This document shows positions 1 through 9,406 of a stretch of 64,000 nt of DNA, in pieces. The translations under genes were made by a program, and so were the position numbers. Origin of the DNA: Desulfatiglandales bacterium (GTDB lineage Bacteria > Desulfobacterota > DSM-4660 > Desulfatiglandales > HGW-15); the NCBI GenBank assembly GCA_963667015.2, contig CAXXJJ010000001.1:1600001-1664000 (forward strand), given 5' to 3'. Position 1 is the first letter of the stretch; the number at the start of each line of letters is the position of its first letter. The notes beneath the pieces are model-generated. The model did not search any database. It saw only the letters and a program-made list of their open reading frames with translations, and had not been told where the DNA came from.

Positions 1-1
1 A

Positions 2-1480
2 GATATTGTCGCCTTCACAACAGAAACCGAAGATCCTGACGATACAGACTGTAACGGCATAGATGATTTTTTTCAGGTTGAAGGCGAGACTGACACTAAT
101 AATAACGGCACTAATGACAGCGAAGAAAACATTTTTGCAATTGAAGATGCCGAACAAGGCCGGACAATAGGAGTGGATGCCGGAGGTGCAGCTATTAGTG
201 GTCTTACATCCTTATCAAAGAACGATATTCCCGAAGAAGTTCGCCCAGGTGATCCCATGCCATACGGCCTTTTCAGCTTCAGGATTGATAATCTTTCCCC
301 TGGCGCCAAAGTTGATATAGATTTTTATTTCCCTGTTGAACTTCCACTGGATACCAAATGGTATAAATATGATTCTACCAGTGGTGTCCTGAATGATTAT
401 ACAGACAATATAGCTATAGATGAAAACAAAGTTATGCTGACTATTACTGATGGTGATTATGGGGATGAAGATGGAATTGTGAACGGAATCATAATCGATC
501 CAAGCGGACCGGCTTTTACAACAGGGATTGTTCCTGCTCCAAACTTCTCTCTTTCTTCAGGGACATACTCATCCAGCCAGAGTGTATCCATTTCGTGTTC
601 TACATCTGATGCAGTTATTCATTACACGACTAACGGAGATGAGCCGACCGAGAATTCCAGTGTCTATTCCTCCGCTATAACTGTTTCAAGCTCAACGACT
701 ATAAAGGCAAAAGCGTTTAAGACTGGATGGGATTCAAGTGTAACCTCAACCGAGATCTACACAATTACTGGCACTGTTGCCACACCTGTCTTTTCCCCAT
801 CGGCAGGTACATATAAATCGAGCCTGAGCGTTACATTGTCATGCACAACATCCGGGGCAACGATCCGATACACAACAAATGGTACAAATCCAACCGAGAT
901 CTCTACCGCATATTCATCAGCCATAGCAGTCTCTAAAACAACAACGATAAAGGCAAAGGCTTTTAAAGCTGATTGGAATTCCAGCGAGACCACGACCGGG
1001 ATATACACAATTAACTCTGATGAAGTTGAAGATAATGGCGGAGGCGGAGGAGGTGGAGGCAGTGGTATATTCGGTAATATCAGCATGAATGATGTAATAG
1101 GATACCATTTTGACTGGATCAACAAAGATGGAACTGCAGTGTATATGCCTGTCACCAAACCATTTAAGGCATTAAAAGGTGCTCAAACCTACGTCGAAGG
1201 ATTTGCTCCTTGGTTAGCGGACTTTATCAGATGCAGCTTTGATGCGTTTGAAAGAAAGGCAAAAAAGAATCCGGATGGATTATTATCGAAAATCGGGACA
1301 CACTTGTTTCCTGCCTTGGGTAAAATAGCCGAATTCTATCTGGGTATGTTTGGTGAAGAAGAACTTATGAAAGATGCTTATATAAAAACAACAATTAGTA
1401 TAAAGGACTTCAATAAATTACACAGGGACGGAAAAGCAATTTCTTCACATATTGTAAAAAAGCCCGAGGTCTGCCCTTAA
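2..1480 (+). CDS. 5'-partial surface/secreted protein: choice-of-anchor-U-like domain, two chitobiase/Fn3-associated (CHB_HEX_C-like) repeats, Gly linker, C-terminal domain
   Basis: Frame is open from position 2. Motif DGDYGDEDGIVNGIIIDPSGP; two repeats P.FS..SGTY...I.YTTNG..PT..S..Y...I.VS..TTIKAKAFK..W.SS. The stop codon lies inside a degenerate RAYT-type IR. Confidence 0.75.
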   Translation, partial: DIVAFTTETEDPDDTDCNGIDDFFQVEGETDTNNNGTNDSEENIFAIEDAEQGRTIGVDAGGAAISGLTSLSKNDIPEEVRPGDPMPYGLFSFRIDNLSPGAKVDIDFYFPVELPLDTKWYKYDSTSGVLNDYTDNIAIDENKVMLTITDGDYGDEDGIVNGIIIDPSGPAFTTGIVPAPNFSLSSGTYSSSQSVSISCSTSDAVIHYTTNGDEPTENSSVYSSAITVSSSTTIKAKAFKTGWDSSVTSTEIYTITGTVATPVFSPSAGTYKSSLSVTLSCTTSGATIRYTTNGTNPTEISTAYSSAIAVSKTTTIKAKAFKADWNSSETTTGIYTINSDEVEDNGGGGGGGGSGIFGNISMNDVIGYHFDWINKDGTAVYMPVTKPFKALKGAQTYVEGFAPWLADFIRCSFDAFERKAKKNPDGLLSKIGTHLFPALGKIAEFYLGMFGEEELMKDAYIKTTISIKDFNKLHRDGKAISSHIVKKPEVCP

Positions 1481-1549
1481 ATTGAACATTGTTGATTGAT
1501 TTAAACTTGAAAAGGATGAAATCTCTCATAGAACAAAATTGCGGAAAAC
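1465..1549 (+). mobile_element. Remnant of a RAYT element: degenerate left IR plus a 49-bp internal transposase fragment
   Basis: 1465-1488 cgaggtctgcccttaaattgaaca resembles the IR at 1900-1924. 1501-1549 matches 2617-2665 with one mismatch. Confidence 0.7.
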
Positions 1550-1915
1550 CTGCAGCGTGAAAACCTGTCAGTTATAGAAACAATAGAAACTATTATCGAT
1601 CTGGTTGATTCGGAACTTTGCGGTGATGAGGCGCATGACAGTATGGGCTAATCCGCATTACTGCGTGTGAAGAATCTGCTTGCAAAACTGGCTTCAATAC
1701 GAAGGAGCAGTGACAGTGGATCTAATATTTCAGAAGAATTAAACCGCCTGTCCCATAAATTTATGGGACAGGTAGAAAATATCTTTAAAAAACTTCCCAA
1801 ATCATTGAAATAGCGATCTTTTAACGAAAATGACCTCCGGATTCTGATGGACACCTCAGAAATGAGGAAACGCAGGCTGAAGCAGTTTACGGAAAAGCAC
1901 GGGGTCAGCCCTTGA
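1538..1915 (+). pseudogene. ParB-like gene fragment with two in-frame stops
   Basis: Reads IAENLQRENLSVIETIETI..., matching the ParB ENLQREDL motif. Internal TAA and TAG; ends at the TGA inside the RAYT left IR. Confidence 0.6.
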
Positions 1916-2950
1916 CATTGGACATTTTTAATTGATATAACCTCCCATATCTAACCTAAGGTATGGGAGGTTTCTTATGGCAAGAGCGTTAAGGGCAGAA
2001 TATGAAGGTGCTTTTTATCATGTGACCAGCCGCGGGAACGATCGTAGCCGGATTTTCTTTAATAAAACAGACTTCGAGAAGTTTAAAGCATACCTTTCAG
2101 AAGGCATTAATAAATTTGGATACAGACTCCATGCCTATGTACTGATGAGTAACCATTATCATCTTCTTTTAGAAACACCAAATGCCAACCTCAGCAAAAT
2201 TATGCACTACTTAAACAGCTCTTATACTACCTACATAAATAAAAAAAGAGACAGGAGCGGACATCTATTCCAGGGAAGGTTTAAGGCCATTCTAATTGAA
2301 AAAGACAGCTACCTGTTGGAACTTAGCAGATATATCCACCTTAATCCTGTCAAAGCCGGAATGGTTGAAAAACCGCAAGATTATTTTCATAGCAGTTATA
2401 CGTCGTATATCGAAGAAAAAGATAATGATATTGTCTGCAAAGAATTAGTCCTGAGCATGATGGCAAATAAAAAGAAGCAGGCTCTGTCACTTTACAGGTC
2501 TTTTGTAGAAGGGGCAGATCTAGATAAGCTGGCGAATCCTTTAAAGGATATTTATGGAGGTTTTATACTCGGGACAAAGGCATTTATTAAGCAAACTCTC
2601 GATTTTCTGGATGATATTAAACTTGAAAAGGATGAAACCTCTCATAGAACAAAATTGCGGAAAACAATTGAGCCGGAAGATGTTATTAAAGCTGTATCGA
2701 ATTATCTGTCCATACCTGCTGATGAGTTGCTTAATATGAAGGGAGAGGTAAGAGGCATGACAGTTTATTTTTTGAAGGGTTATACTGACATGTCAAATAA
2801 TGAGATTGGAAAATTATTGGGCGGATTAAGCTATTCTGCTGTAGCAAAAATAAAACAGAGATTTTTAAACAGCCCTTTAAAAGACAGCTCTTTAAATAAT
2901 AAAATTAAAAAGATTCATCAATCTCTGTCCAATGTCAAGGGCTGACCCCG
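1900..2950 (+). mobile_element. RAYT element 1 bounded by perfect 25-bp inverted repeats
   Basis: cggggtcagcccttgacattggaca (1900-1924) is the exact reverse complement of 2926-2950. Confidence 0.85.
1977..2945 (+). CDS. REP-associated tyrosine transposase (Y1 HUH) with C-terminal HTH
   Basis: YHVTSRGN, MSNHYHLL (HUH), GHLFQGRFK, YIHLNPV. The stop codon is inside the right IR. Confidence 0.92.
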   Translation: MARALRAEYEGAFYHVTSRGNDRSRIFFNKTDFEKFKAYLSEGINKFGYRLHAYVLMSNHYHLLLETPNANLSKIMHYLNSSYTTYINKKRDRSGHLFQGRFKAILIEKDSYLLELSRYIHLNPVKAGMVEKPQDYFHSSYTSYIEEKDNDIVCKELVLSMMANKKKQALSLYRSFVEGADLDKLANPLKDIYGGFILGTKAFIKQTLDFLDDIKLEKDETSHRTKLRKTIEPEDVIKAVSNYLSIPADELLNMKGEVRGMTVYFLKGYTDMSNNEIGKLLGGLSYSAVAKIKQRFLNSPLKDSSLNNKIKKIHQSLSNVKG

Positions 2951-2996
2951 GTTTCTTTGGCTGTCCAATGTCAAGGGCTGACCCCGGTTTCTTTGG
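2925..2996. repeat. Perfect 36-bp tandem duplication of the RAYT1 right end
   Basis: ctgtccaatgtcaagggctgaccccggtttctttgg at 2925-2960 and again at 2961-2996. Confidence 0.95.
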
Positions 2997-3179
2997 ATGC
3001 AGGCACTATGCTCATTAAAAAAATAAGATAAGGTTGATCTATTTTTCAATTTGTGAAATATTACTGAACCGAAAACACAGTTATTAGATTTGAATACTTG
3101 AATTTCAGCGCAGTTTCGCCATGAAACTGTCCTTTTTTTGTATATTTAGAAACCTAATGAACACTTAAAAGGAGTAACT

Positions 3180-4196
3180 GTGAGTAAAAAACATTTCCTT
3201 TCATTCTGCATTATCGGTCTTTTTTTTGTTTTGCTGACGCAATGTTCTTCCGAATCTACCATTGAACTCCGTGTTGCACAGCCCTTTGCGCCAAAACACA
3301 TAGTGCAGACCAAGATTTTCGAACCGTGGGCAAAAAAAATTGAAGAGATGTCAGGAGGGAGGGTTAAGGTCACTATATTTTCCGGGGGTGCACTCGGGAA
3401 GGCTGCAGACCACTATAACCTGGCTGAAGAAGGTATAGCAGATATTACATATGCCCTCCAGGACTATACACCTGGCCGTTTTCCGCTTACTACCGTATTT
3501 GAACTTCCCTTTATGATCCCTTCCGCTGAAAAGACATCTGTTGCCATGTGGAAAACCTTTGAGGAGTTTCCCGAATTTCAGGAGGAGTATTCAAAAGTCA
3601 AAGTACTTGCCCTGTTTTGTCATCCATCGGGTCATTTTAATACAGTGAAAAAACCCATAAAAAATCTTGAAGATTTTCAGGGTATGAAATTCAGGACTGC
3701 CAGTCCCCATGTCACAAAGGCGCTCAAGGCATTTGGTGCGGTACCGGTCACAATGCCGATTTCTGAAAGTTATTCAGCACTTGAAAGAGGGGTTGTTGAT
3801 GGAACTGTCCTCGACTGGAATGGTTTGCATGTTTTTAAACTGGCCGAACTTCTTAAGTATTCCACTGAAACAGATTTCTATACAATGACCATGATGATAG
3901 TTATGAATAAAAGAAAATATGATTCTTTACCTGATGACATCAAAAAAATAATCGATCAGACGACAGGTCTTGTAATGTCCAGAGATGCAGGAAAAGTGTA
4001 TGATGAAATGAGACCGGTTGAGAAAGAGCAATGCCTTGAAAAGGGAATGCAGACAATTCAACTGCCTTCTGAAGACGTAAAAAAACTTAAGGCACTGACT
4101 ATGCCCTTAAGAGAAGAGTGGGTAGAGGAAATGAATAATAAAAATTTACCGGGAAAGGCAATACTTGATGCTGCTATCAGGCATATTGCTGAATAG
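3180..4196 (+). CDS. dctP: TRAP transporter substrate-binding protein
   Basis: Signal/lipoprotein-like N-terminus; SGGRVKV...GGALGK, PGRFP...VFELPF, DFQGMKFR, YSALERGVVDG. Confidence 0.92.
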   Translation: MSKKHFLSFCIIGLFFVLLTQCSSESTIELRVAQPFAPKHIVQTKIFEPWAKKIEEMSGGRVKVTIFSGGALGKAADHYNLAEEGIADITYALQDYTPGRFPLTTVFELPFMIPSAEKTSVAMWKTFEEFPEFQEEYSKVKVLALFCHPSGHFNTVKKPIKNLEDFQGMKFRTASPHVTKALKAFGAVPVTMPISESYSALERGVVDGTVLDWNGLHVFKLAELLKYSTETDFYTMTMMIVMNKRKYDSLPDDIKKIIDQTTGLVMSRDAGKVYDEMRPVEKEQCLEKGMQTIQLPSEDVKKLKALTMPLREEWVEEMNNKNLPGKAILDAAIRHIAE

Positions 4197-4208
4197 ATAA
4201 TGTAGAGC

Positions 4209-4721
4209 ATGAGTCTTACAAAACCATTACATTTTATTTTGAAAATACTTCAAAATTTAAGTACTTATCTTGCCTATGCAGGGGCTTTATCCCTTTTTGC
4301 CATGATGTGTCTTACTATCATGGACGTGGCAGGAAGGTATATCTTTAATAAGCCGGTCCTGGGAGCTTATGAACTTACAGAGTTTATGATTCTTATACTG
4401 ATCTTTTCCTTTCTAGGCTATACCCAAACCAAAAAATCCCACATATCTGTTGACCTTTTAATGATGATTATTCCTGAAAAACTTAAGATTTTTATTGAAA
4501 TATTTAATCACCTGGCCTGTCTGGCTATCATGATACTGATTGTCTGGATGGGTTTTGAAAAAGCCGTCGAAATGATGGGGACGAGTGAATCATCACCAAA
4601 TCTTGCTGTGCCAAGTTACCCCTTTGTTTTTTTTCTTGTCCTTGGCTGCGCTGTTTTGTGCATTGAATATATCAAGGATATTGTCTTTTTTTTGAAAAGC
4701 AAAAAGGGGGGCAGTAATTAA
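4209..4721 (+). CDS. dctQ: TRAP transporter small permease
   Basis: About four TM segments; DVAGRYIFN, HISVD; lies between dctP and dctM. Confidence 0.92.
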   Translation: MSLTKPLHFILKILQNLSTYLAYAGALSLFAMMCLTIMDVAGRYIFNKPVLGAYELTEFMILILIFSFLGYTQTKKSHISVDLLMMIIPEKLKIFIEIFNHLACLAIMILIVWMGFEKAVEMMGTSESSPNLAVPSYPFVFFLVLGCAVLCIEYIKDIVFFLKSKKGGSN

Positions 4722-6019
4722 TGAGCCCCGAGATGACCGGTATAATAGGCATTCTTATCATGTTCCTGCTTCTGGCGCTAAGGATGTATATCGGTATAGC
4801 CATGTCTATTGTAGGGTTCCTGGGTCTGTGGTATTTAATCGGGTTTGATTCTGCAATGGGTATACTTGGAATTACACCACTGACAGAAGGATCTTCATAT
4901 ACACTGAGTGTTATACCTCTCTTTGTGCTAATGGGACAGTTTGCCTTTGTCTCCGGAATCAGTACAGACATATATAAAACGGTATATACCTGGATGGGAC
5001 ACCTGAAAGGCGGACTTGCCATGGCAACCATCCTTGCCTGTGCCGGTTTTGCCGCTATATGCGGTTCTTCCCTTGCAACAGGGGCAACGATGGGTATGAC
5101 GGCCATCCCCGAGATGAAAAAATACCGGTACGACAACCGGTTGTCCACAGGCTGCGTTGCCGCGGGCGGAACCCTGGGCATACTGATTCCGCCAAGCATA
5201 GGATTTATAATATATGGTCTCCTGACCGAGGTATCAATAGGCAAGCTTTTTATGGCAGGTTTTATCCCCGGGATAATGCTTGCTCTCCTTTTCATGTTAA
5301 CTGTCTTTATCCTGTGCGCAATAAACCCTAAAATGGGTCCAAGGGGAGACAATAATTCCTTCGCAGTAAAGATGAAATCTCTTTCAGGGACATGGGGAAT
5401 GCTGCTGCTTTTCATTATTGTTATGGGAGGCATATATATGGGTGTTTTTACACCTAATGAAGCAGCAGGAGTAGGGGCCTTTGGAGCTTTATTAATATCT
5501 GTTTTAAAAAGAAAAATGACCTGGAAAAAACTGGTGGAATGCCTGATGGAATCAGGCAGGACAACTGCCATGATCTTTCTTATTATTATCGGTGCAAATA
5601 TTTTTTCAACTTTTCTGGGTCTTGCCAGGCTTCCCATGGGCCTGGCAGATTTTGTAGCAGGACTTGCTCTTCCTGAGATAGTTATCCTTTATGCTATTAT
5701 TCTTGTTTTCATTCTTCTTGGCTGTGTAATGGACTGTTATGCGATCATGATCCTCACTGTCCCTATTATTTTTCCCGTGATTGAGACAATGAACTTTGAT
5801 CCCATATGGTTTGGCGTGCTCATGGTTATTGTCCTGGAAATGGGGCTTATAACTCCGCCGGTAGGATTAAATGTTTTTGTGCTTAAGAGTGCGGCCCCTG
5901 ATGTTCCTTTAACAGTAATTTTTAAAGGTATATGGCCTTTTCTCCTTTCTACACTGGCTGCCATAATTCTTCTTACAATTTTCCCTCAAATAGCCCTTTT
6001 CCTTCCATCTTTTATGTAA
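4721..6019 (+). CDS. dctM: TRAP transporter large permease
   Basis: IPLFVLMG, AICGSSLAT, GTLGILIPPSI, GVFTPNEA, ITPPVGLN. Confidence 0.95.
   Translation: MSPEMTGIIGILIMFLLLALRMYIGIAMSIVGFLGLWYLIGFDSAMGILGITPLTEGSSYTLSVIPLFVLMGQFAFVSGISTDIYKTVYTWMGHLKGGLAMATILACAGFAAICGSSLATGATMGMTAIPEMKKYRYDNRLSTGCVAAGGTLGILIPPSIGFIIYGLLTEVSIGKLFMAGFIPGIMLALLFMLTVFILCAINPKMGPRGDNNSFAVKMKSLSGTWGMLLLFIIVMGGIYMGVFTPNEAAGVGAFGALLISVLKRKMTWKKLVECLMESGRTTAMIFLIIIGANIFSTFLGLARLPMGLADFVAGLALPEIVILYAIILVFILLGCVMDCYAIMILTVPIIFPVIETMNFDPIWFGVLMVIVLEMGLITPPVGLNVFVLKSAAPDVPLTVIFKGIWPFLLSTLAAIILLTIFPQIALFLPSFM
5928..6019 (+). repeat. Left copy of a 92-bp direct repeat (dctM 3' end, att-like)
   Basis: Identical to 9315-9406 except two synonymous changes (ATA/ATC, GCC/GCG). 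Confidence 0.92.
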
Positions 6020-6084
6020 CAGTTTGAAAACCGAAGTAAGAGCTTCTCCAAAAAGCCTATAAGTTTAAGGCTGTTAGCCGGCTT

Positions 6085-6957
6085 TCAGTTTTCCTTTCTA
6101 CCTGTCTTTCTGGCAATGATCACATACCTGCTTGTAACACCCAGTATTTTCCTTTTCTGCATTGCTGCAACAACATTTGCCTGGAATCTTTCAGATGACA
6201 TTGGAGCCTGTATTATATGACTGACTTCCCATCCGGTGTTATCCAAAAATTTACAGTAATCGGTTATCAATATTGCTTCACTTCGGGATTCATTAATAGC
6301 AGGCGTTCCCTGGAAATCACGCCAGTCGGCATTTATTATGGCGAGCCTTGTACTCTTTTTACTGTTCTCATTTGCCAGTTTAAAAAACTCTTCAAGAAAC
6401 CTGAGATATTCTTCTCTGCTCATGTTTGATATACTGTTCTCTTCATACTCTTTAACTTTTTTGCTGAAATAGGGCGGATCAAAGATAATAAGATCCGGCT
6501 TTGTTTTCCCGTTAACCGGCCATTTAAGACTATTAATATCCCAGAAGTGATGTTCTATCTCAGGCCTTTCATCGATTCTATCAACCATATCAAAGCTCCA
6601 GCAGCGTCGGTTGAATGCAAGGCATTTATCAGAGACAACTCCGCCGCCGGCCATGGGATCCATAACAAGGTCTTTTTCCCTGGAAAAGAAATAAAGGATA
6701 TGAGCCACAAGCTGGGCAGGTATTCTACCGGGCCAGTCATCACCGAATCTCTTATCGCAATCGGTCCAGTACCAGTTATCCCAGGTTCTGATCCCCCACT
6801 TTAATTCACTGCATTTACCGAGGTCATTTTTCCCATCCAATTTAAGTGCCCAGACCAGAGATTCAGGCCAACCGTGCTTTTCAGCGGCTTGGGAGGCAGT
6901 AAAACCTTTTTTTAAATCGTTATTTACCGGATTTGGCAATATTGCCAAATCCGGTAA
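6085..6957 (-). pseudogene. 5'-truncated ParB-HTH-DNA methyltransferase (amino-MTase domain intact)
   Basis: DPMAGGG and DPPY motifs. The N-terminus aligns to the middle of the ParB-MTase pseudogene at 51087-53684; the ParB/HTH part is missing. Confidence 0.75.
6924..6957. repeat. Perfect 34-bp palindrome at the MTase truncation point
   Basis: ttaccggatttggcaat|attgccaaatccggtaa. Confidence 0.9.
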
Positions 6958-7087
6958 TTATGTTGTCAGTTTGTTTATGTTGTGAGAATTTAATTCATCT
7001 AGTTCATTATAAAATGCTTATAATCCTTATTATTCTTATAATTCAGGACTTGATTAGATATCATGCCCGTAGTATATAGCAAAGAAC

Positions 7088-8118
7088 GGGGTCAGACCTT
7101 CATTATTGACAAAACTGGAGGGTCATGATAGATGTTCTTTCATAAAAAAATATGAGGAAACCAATCATGGCCCGACCCTTAAGAATATCTTATCCGGGAG
7201 CTTTTTATCATGTAACTTCCAGAGGAAATGAACAAAAGGTTATATTTAAAAGTAAGAGGGACAGTGAGAAATTTCTTGAATACCTCGAATCGGCGGTTAA
7301 AAGATATGATGCAGTAATCCACGCCTATTGTCTGATGAGTAATCACTATCATCTTTTACTTGAAACACCCTCCGGAAACCTATCCAAAATAATGGCTCAT
7401 ATAAATGGTGCATATACCACCTATTTCAATGTAAAGCGTGACAGATTCGGGCACCTTTTTCAGGGGCGATATAAGGCAATCCTTATTGAAGCTGACGAGT
7501 ATGCCATGGAATTATCGAGATATATACATTTGAATCCTGTAAGAGCAAAAATAGTTGAGCTGCCAGAAGAATATGAGTGGTCAAGTTATTCATATTACAT
7601 TGGAAATAAAAAATATCCTGAATGGCTTAGGATCGATTTTATCCTTGGATATTTCGGCAAAAAACTTCCTGAAGCACAAAACAACTATAAGAAATTTGTA
7701 GGTGAAATGATTGATAAACAATATGAAAGCCCACTGAAAGATGTTGTAAGTTCAACATTATTGGGCACACAGGAATTCATTAACTTTATAAAAGATAAAT
7801 ATCTGTCAGGTCAAAAGGATGATAAAGATCTGCCGGCATTAAAAACCTTAAAGAGAGAAATATCTATAGATAATATCTCTGAAGAAGTAGATAAGGCTGT
7901 CAAAGAAGATAAAAAACTTTCAAGGAACATAAAGATATATCTATGTAGAAGACTTACTGGAAAAAGACTGGACGATATTGGTGCGCATTTTGAGATAGGA
8001 GGTTCCGGAGTTTGTCAGGCCAGCAAACGGATTGCCGGACAACTTAAGAAAGATAAGACTCTTGTTAAAACGCTAAAAAAAATTGAAGATAAACTGTCAA
8101 TAATGAAGGTCTGACCCC
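7088..8118 (+). mobile_element. RAYT element 2 bounded by perfect 24-bp inverted repeats
   Basis: ggggtcagaccttcattattgaca (7088-7111) pairs with tgtcaataatgaaggtctgacccc (8095-8118). Confidence 0.85.
7167..8114 (+). CDS. REP-associated tyrosine transposase (Y1 HUH) with C-terminal HTH
   Basis: MARPLR, YHVTSRGN, MSNHYHLL, GHLFQGRYK, YIHLNPV, YEWSSY. Diverged paralogue of 1977-2945. Confidence 0.92.
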   Translation: MARPLRISYPGAFYHVTSRGNEQKVIFKSKRDSEKFLEYLESAVKRYDAVIHAYCLMSNHYHLLLETPSGNLSKIMAHINGAYTTYFNVKRDRFGHLFQGRYKAILIEADEYAMELSRYIHLNPVRAKIVELPEEYEWSSYSYYIGNKKYPEWLRIDFILGYFGKKLPEAQNNYKKFVGEMIDKQYESPLKDVVSSTLLGTQEFINFIKDKYLSGQKDDKDLPALKTLKREISIDNISEEVDKAVKEDKKLSRNIKIYLCRRLTGKRLDDIGAHFEIGGSGVCQASKRIAGQLKKDKTLVKTLKKIEDKLSIMKV

Positions 8119-8251
8119 TTTCGCTTTCACTTTCGCTTTCATTTTCCAAATTAATTTTTAGAGAATAACACTAGTAACCAAGTATTAACAACTAATGGTA
8201 TTTTATATAGTAGATGCTTTATTCCATAAACAGTGATTCTTGGAGGTTGTT

Positions 8252-9031
8252 ATGTGGAAAAAATTATATTTGCTTGTAAGTATTTTCATATTGATATTTT
8301 CATTTAGTGTTCAAGCCACGAAAAATAAATGGGATTTTAATAAAGATTCGTGGACTGAAATCATGAAGGCGTCCTATATCGGTGATATTAATGAAATAGA
8401 GAATTTGATCAAATCCGGAAAAGATGTAAATGAAAGAATATCTGGAGGGAATGTGTTCACGGCCTTAGATGTCGCTATAAGGGTACAAAATTATAAAGTT
8501 GTGAAATATCTTTTAAGGGAAGGTGCGAAAGTAGAAGTGCAAGGATCTTCTTTTGAACAGCCATTAATTATAGCGTCAAGAGGTAAAGATGCAGATATAG
8601 TTGATATATTGTTAAAATATGGTGCGGATATAAATAAAAATTTTAATGGATGGACGGCATTGAAGGAGGCAGCTTCTAGGGGTTCTTTAAAAGTGCTACA
8701 GACTCTTATAAATAATGGCGCATACCTAGAAAATCTAAATGTAAAAAAGGGTAATTCTCCGTTAGTGTTAGCTGTATATGATGGCTCTGTAGAGAAAGTG
8801 TCGGCATTATTAAATGCTGGAGCTAATCCATCGTATAAGAATAACCAAGGAGAAACAGCGTCTATAATTAATGAACAACTTCTTGAATGGAGTATAACAG
8901 AAAAGAGAGAAGATATGATCGAAAAAAGAGAAAAAATAAAAGATTTGCTCATTAACAGAGAAAAAGAAAAGAACGAGAAAAGAACGGGGTCAACCCTTGA
9001 CAGTGACATAATTAAGGACGCTTATCGCTAA
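8252..9031 (+). CDS. Secreted ankyrin-repeat protein
   Basis: Signal peptide; about five ankyrin repeats (TALDVA, PLIIAS, TALKEAA, SPLVLAV). AT-rich. The 3' end runs through an orphan IR at 8985-9008. Confidence 0.88.
   Translation: MWKKLYLLVSIFILIFSFSVQATKNKWDFNKDSWTEIMKASYIGDINEIENLIKSGKDVNERISGGNVFTALDVAIRVQNYKVVKYLLREGAKVEVQGSSFEQPLIIASRGKDADIVDILLKYGADINKNFNGWTALKEAASRGSLKVLQTLINNGAYLENLNVKKGNSPLVLAVYDGSVEKVSALLNAGANPSYKNNQGETASIINEQLLEWSITEKREDMIEKREKIKDLLINREKEKNEKRTGSTLDSDIIKDAYR
8985..9008 (+). repeat. Orphan RAYT-type left IR
   Basis: cggggtcaacccttgacagtgaca, preceded by aaagaa as at the RAYT2 left end. Confidence 0.75.
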
Positions 9032-9032
9032 T

Positions 9033-9084
9033 AACACCAAGGCGGTTGAATGTTTTTTTATCTTTAACTGCCTTGGTGTTTTTC
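9033..9084 (+). terminator. Long hairpin followed by T-run, possible terminator
   Basis: aacaccaaggcggttgaa ... tttaactgccttggtgtt, then tttt. Confidence 0.5.
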
Positions 9085-9314
9085 GGGGCGGATGGCCGGG
9101 GGAAAAGGCTTGAGGACTTCTGATAATCATTCACCATTATGTAAGAGCGTGCAAAAACCGTGATTAGTTTTCTTTTTAACTGGCGCGGTTTTTTTGCTTA
9201 AGCGATTACATAATGTGGATTATCTGATGGCCTTCAGCCTGGCGGTGGCACAAGTTGGGATTTTCCAAAGTCCCATCATACCTTTTGTCCTAACATTTAT
9301 AATATTTGGCATAT

Positions 9315-9406
9315 GTATCTGGCCTTTTCTCCTTTCTACACTGGCTGCCATAATTCTTCTTACAATTTTCCCTCAAATAGCGCTTTTCCTTCCATCTTTT
9401 ATGTAA
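9315..9406 (+). repeat. Right copy of the 92-bp direct repeat (displaced dctM 3' end)
   Basis: Encodes IWPFLLSTLAAIILLTIFPQIALFLPSFM*, identical to the DctM C-terminus. Confidence 0.92.

Noticed and set aside
2925..2996. 36-bp repeat as a CRISPR array
   Set aside because: Two abutting copies with no spacer and no cas genes; it is the RAYT right end.
4672..5637. 321-aa minus-strand ORF and similar antisense ORFs (e.g. 8491-9009, 58307-58999)
   Set aside because: Shadows of well-supported genes on the opposite strand, with no motifs of their own.
9194..9406. 70-aa ORF as a real membrane protein
   Set aside because: Chance fusion of non-coding DNA with the duplicated dctM tail.
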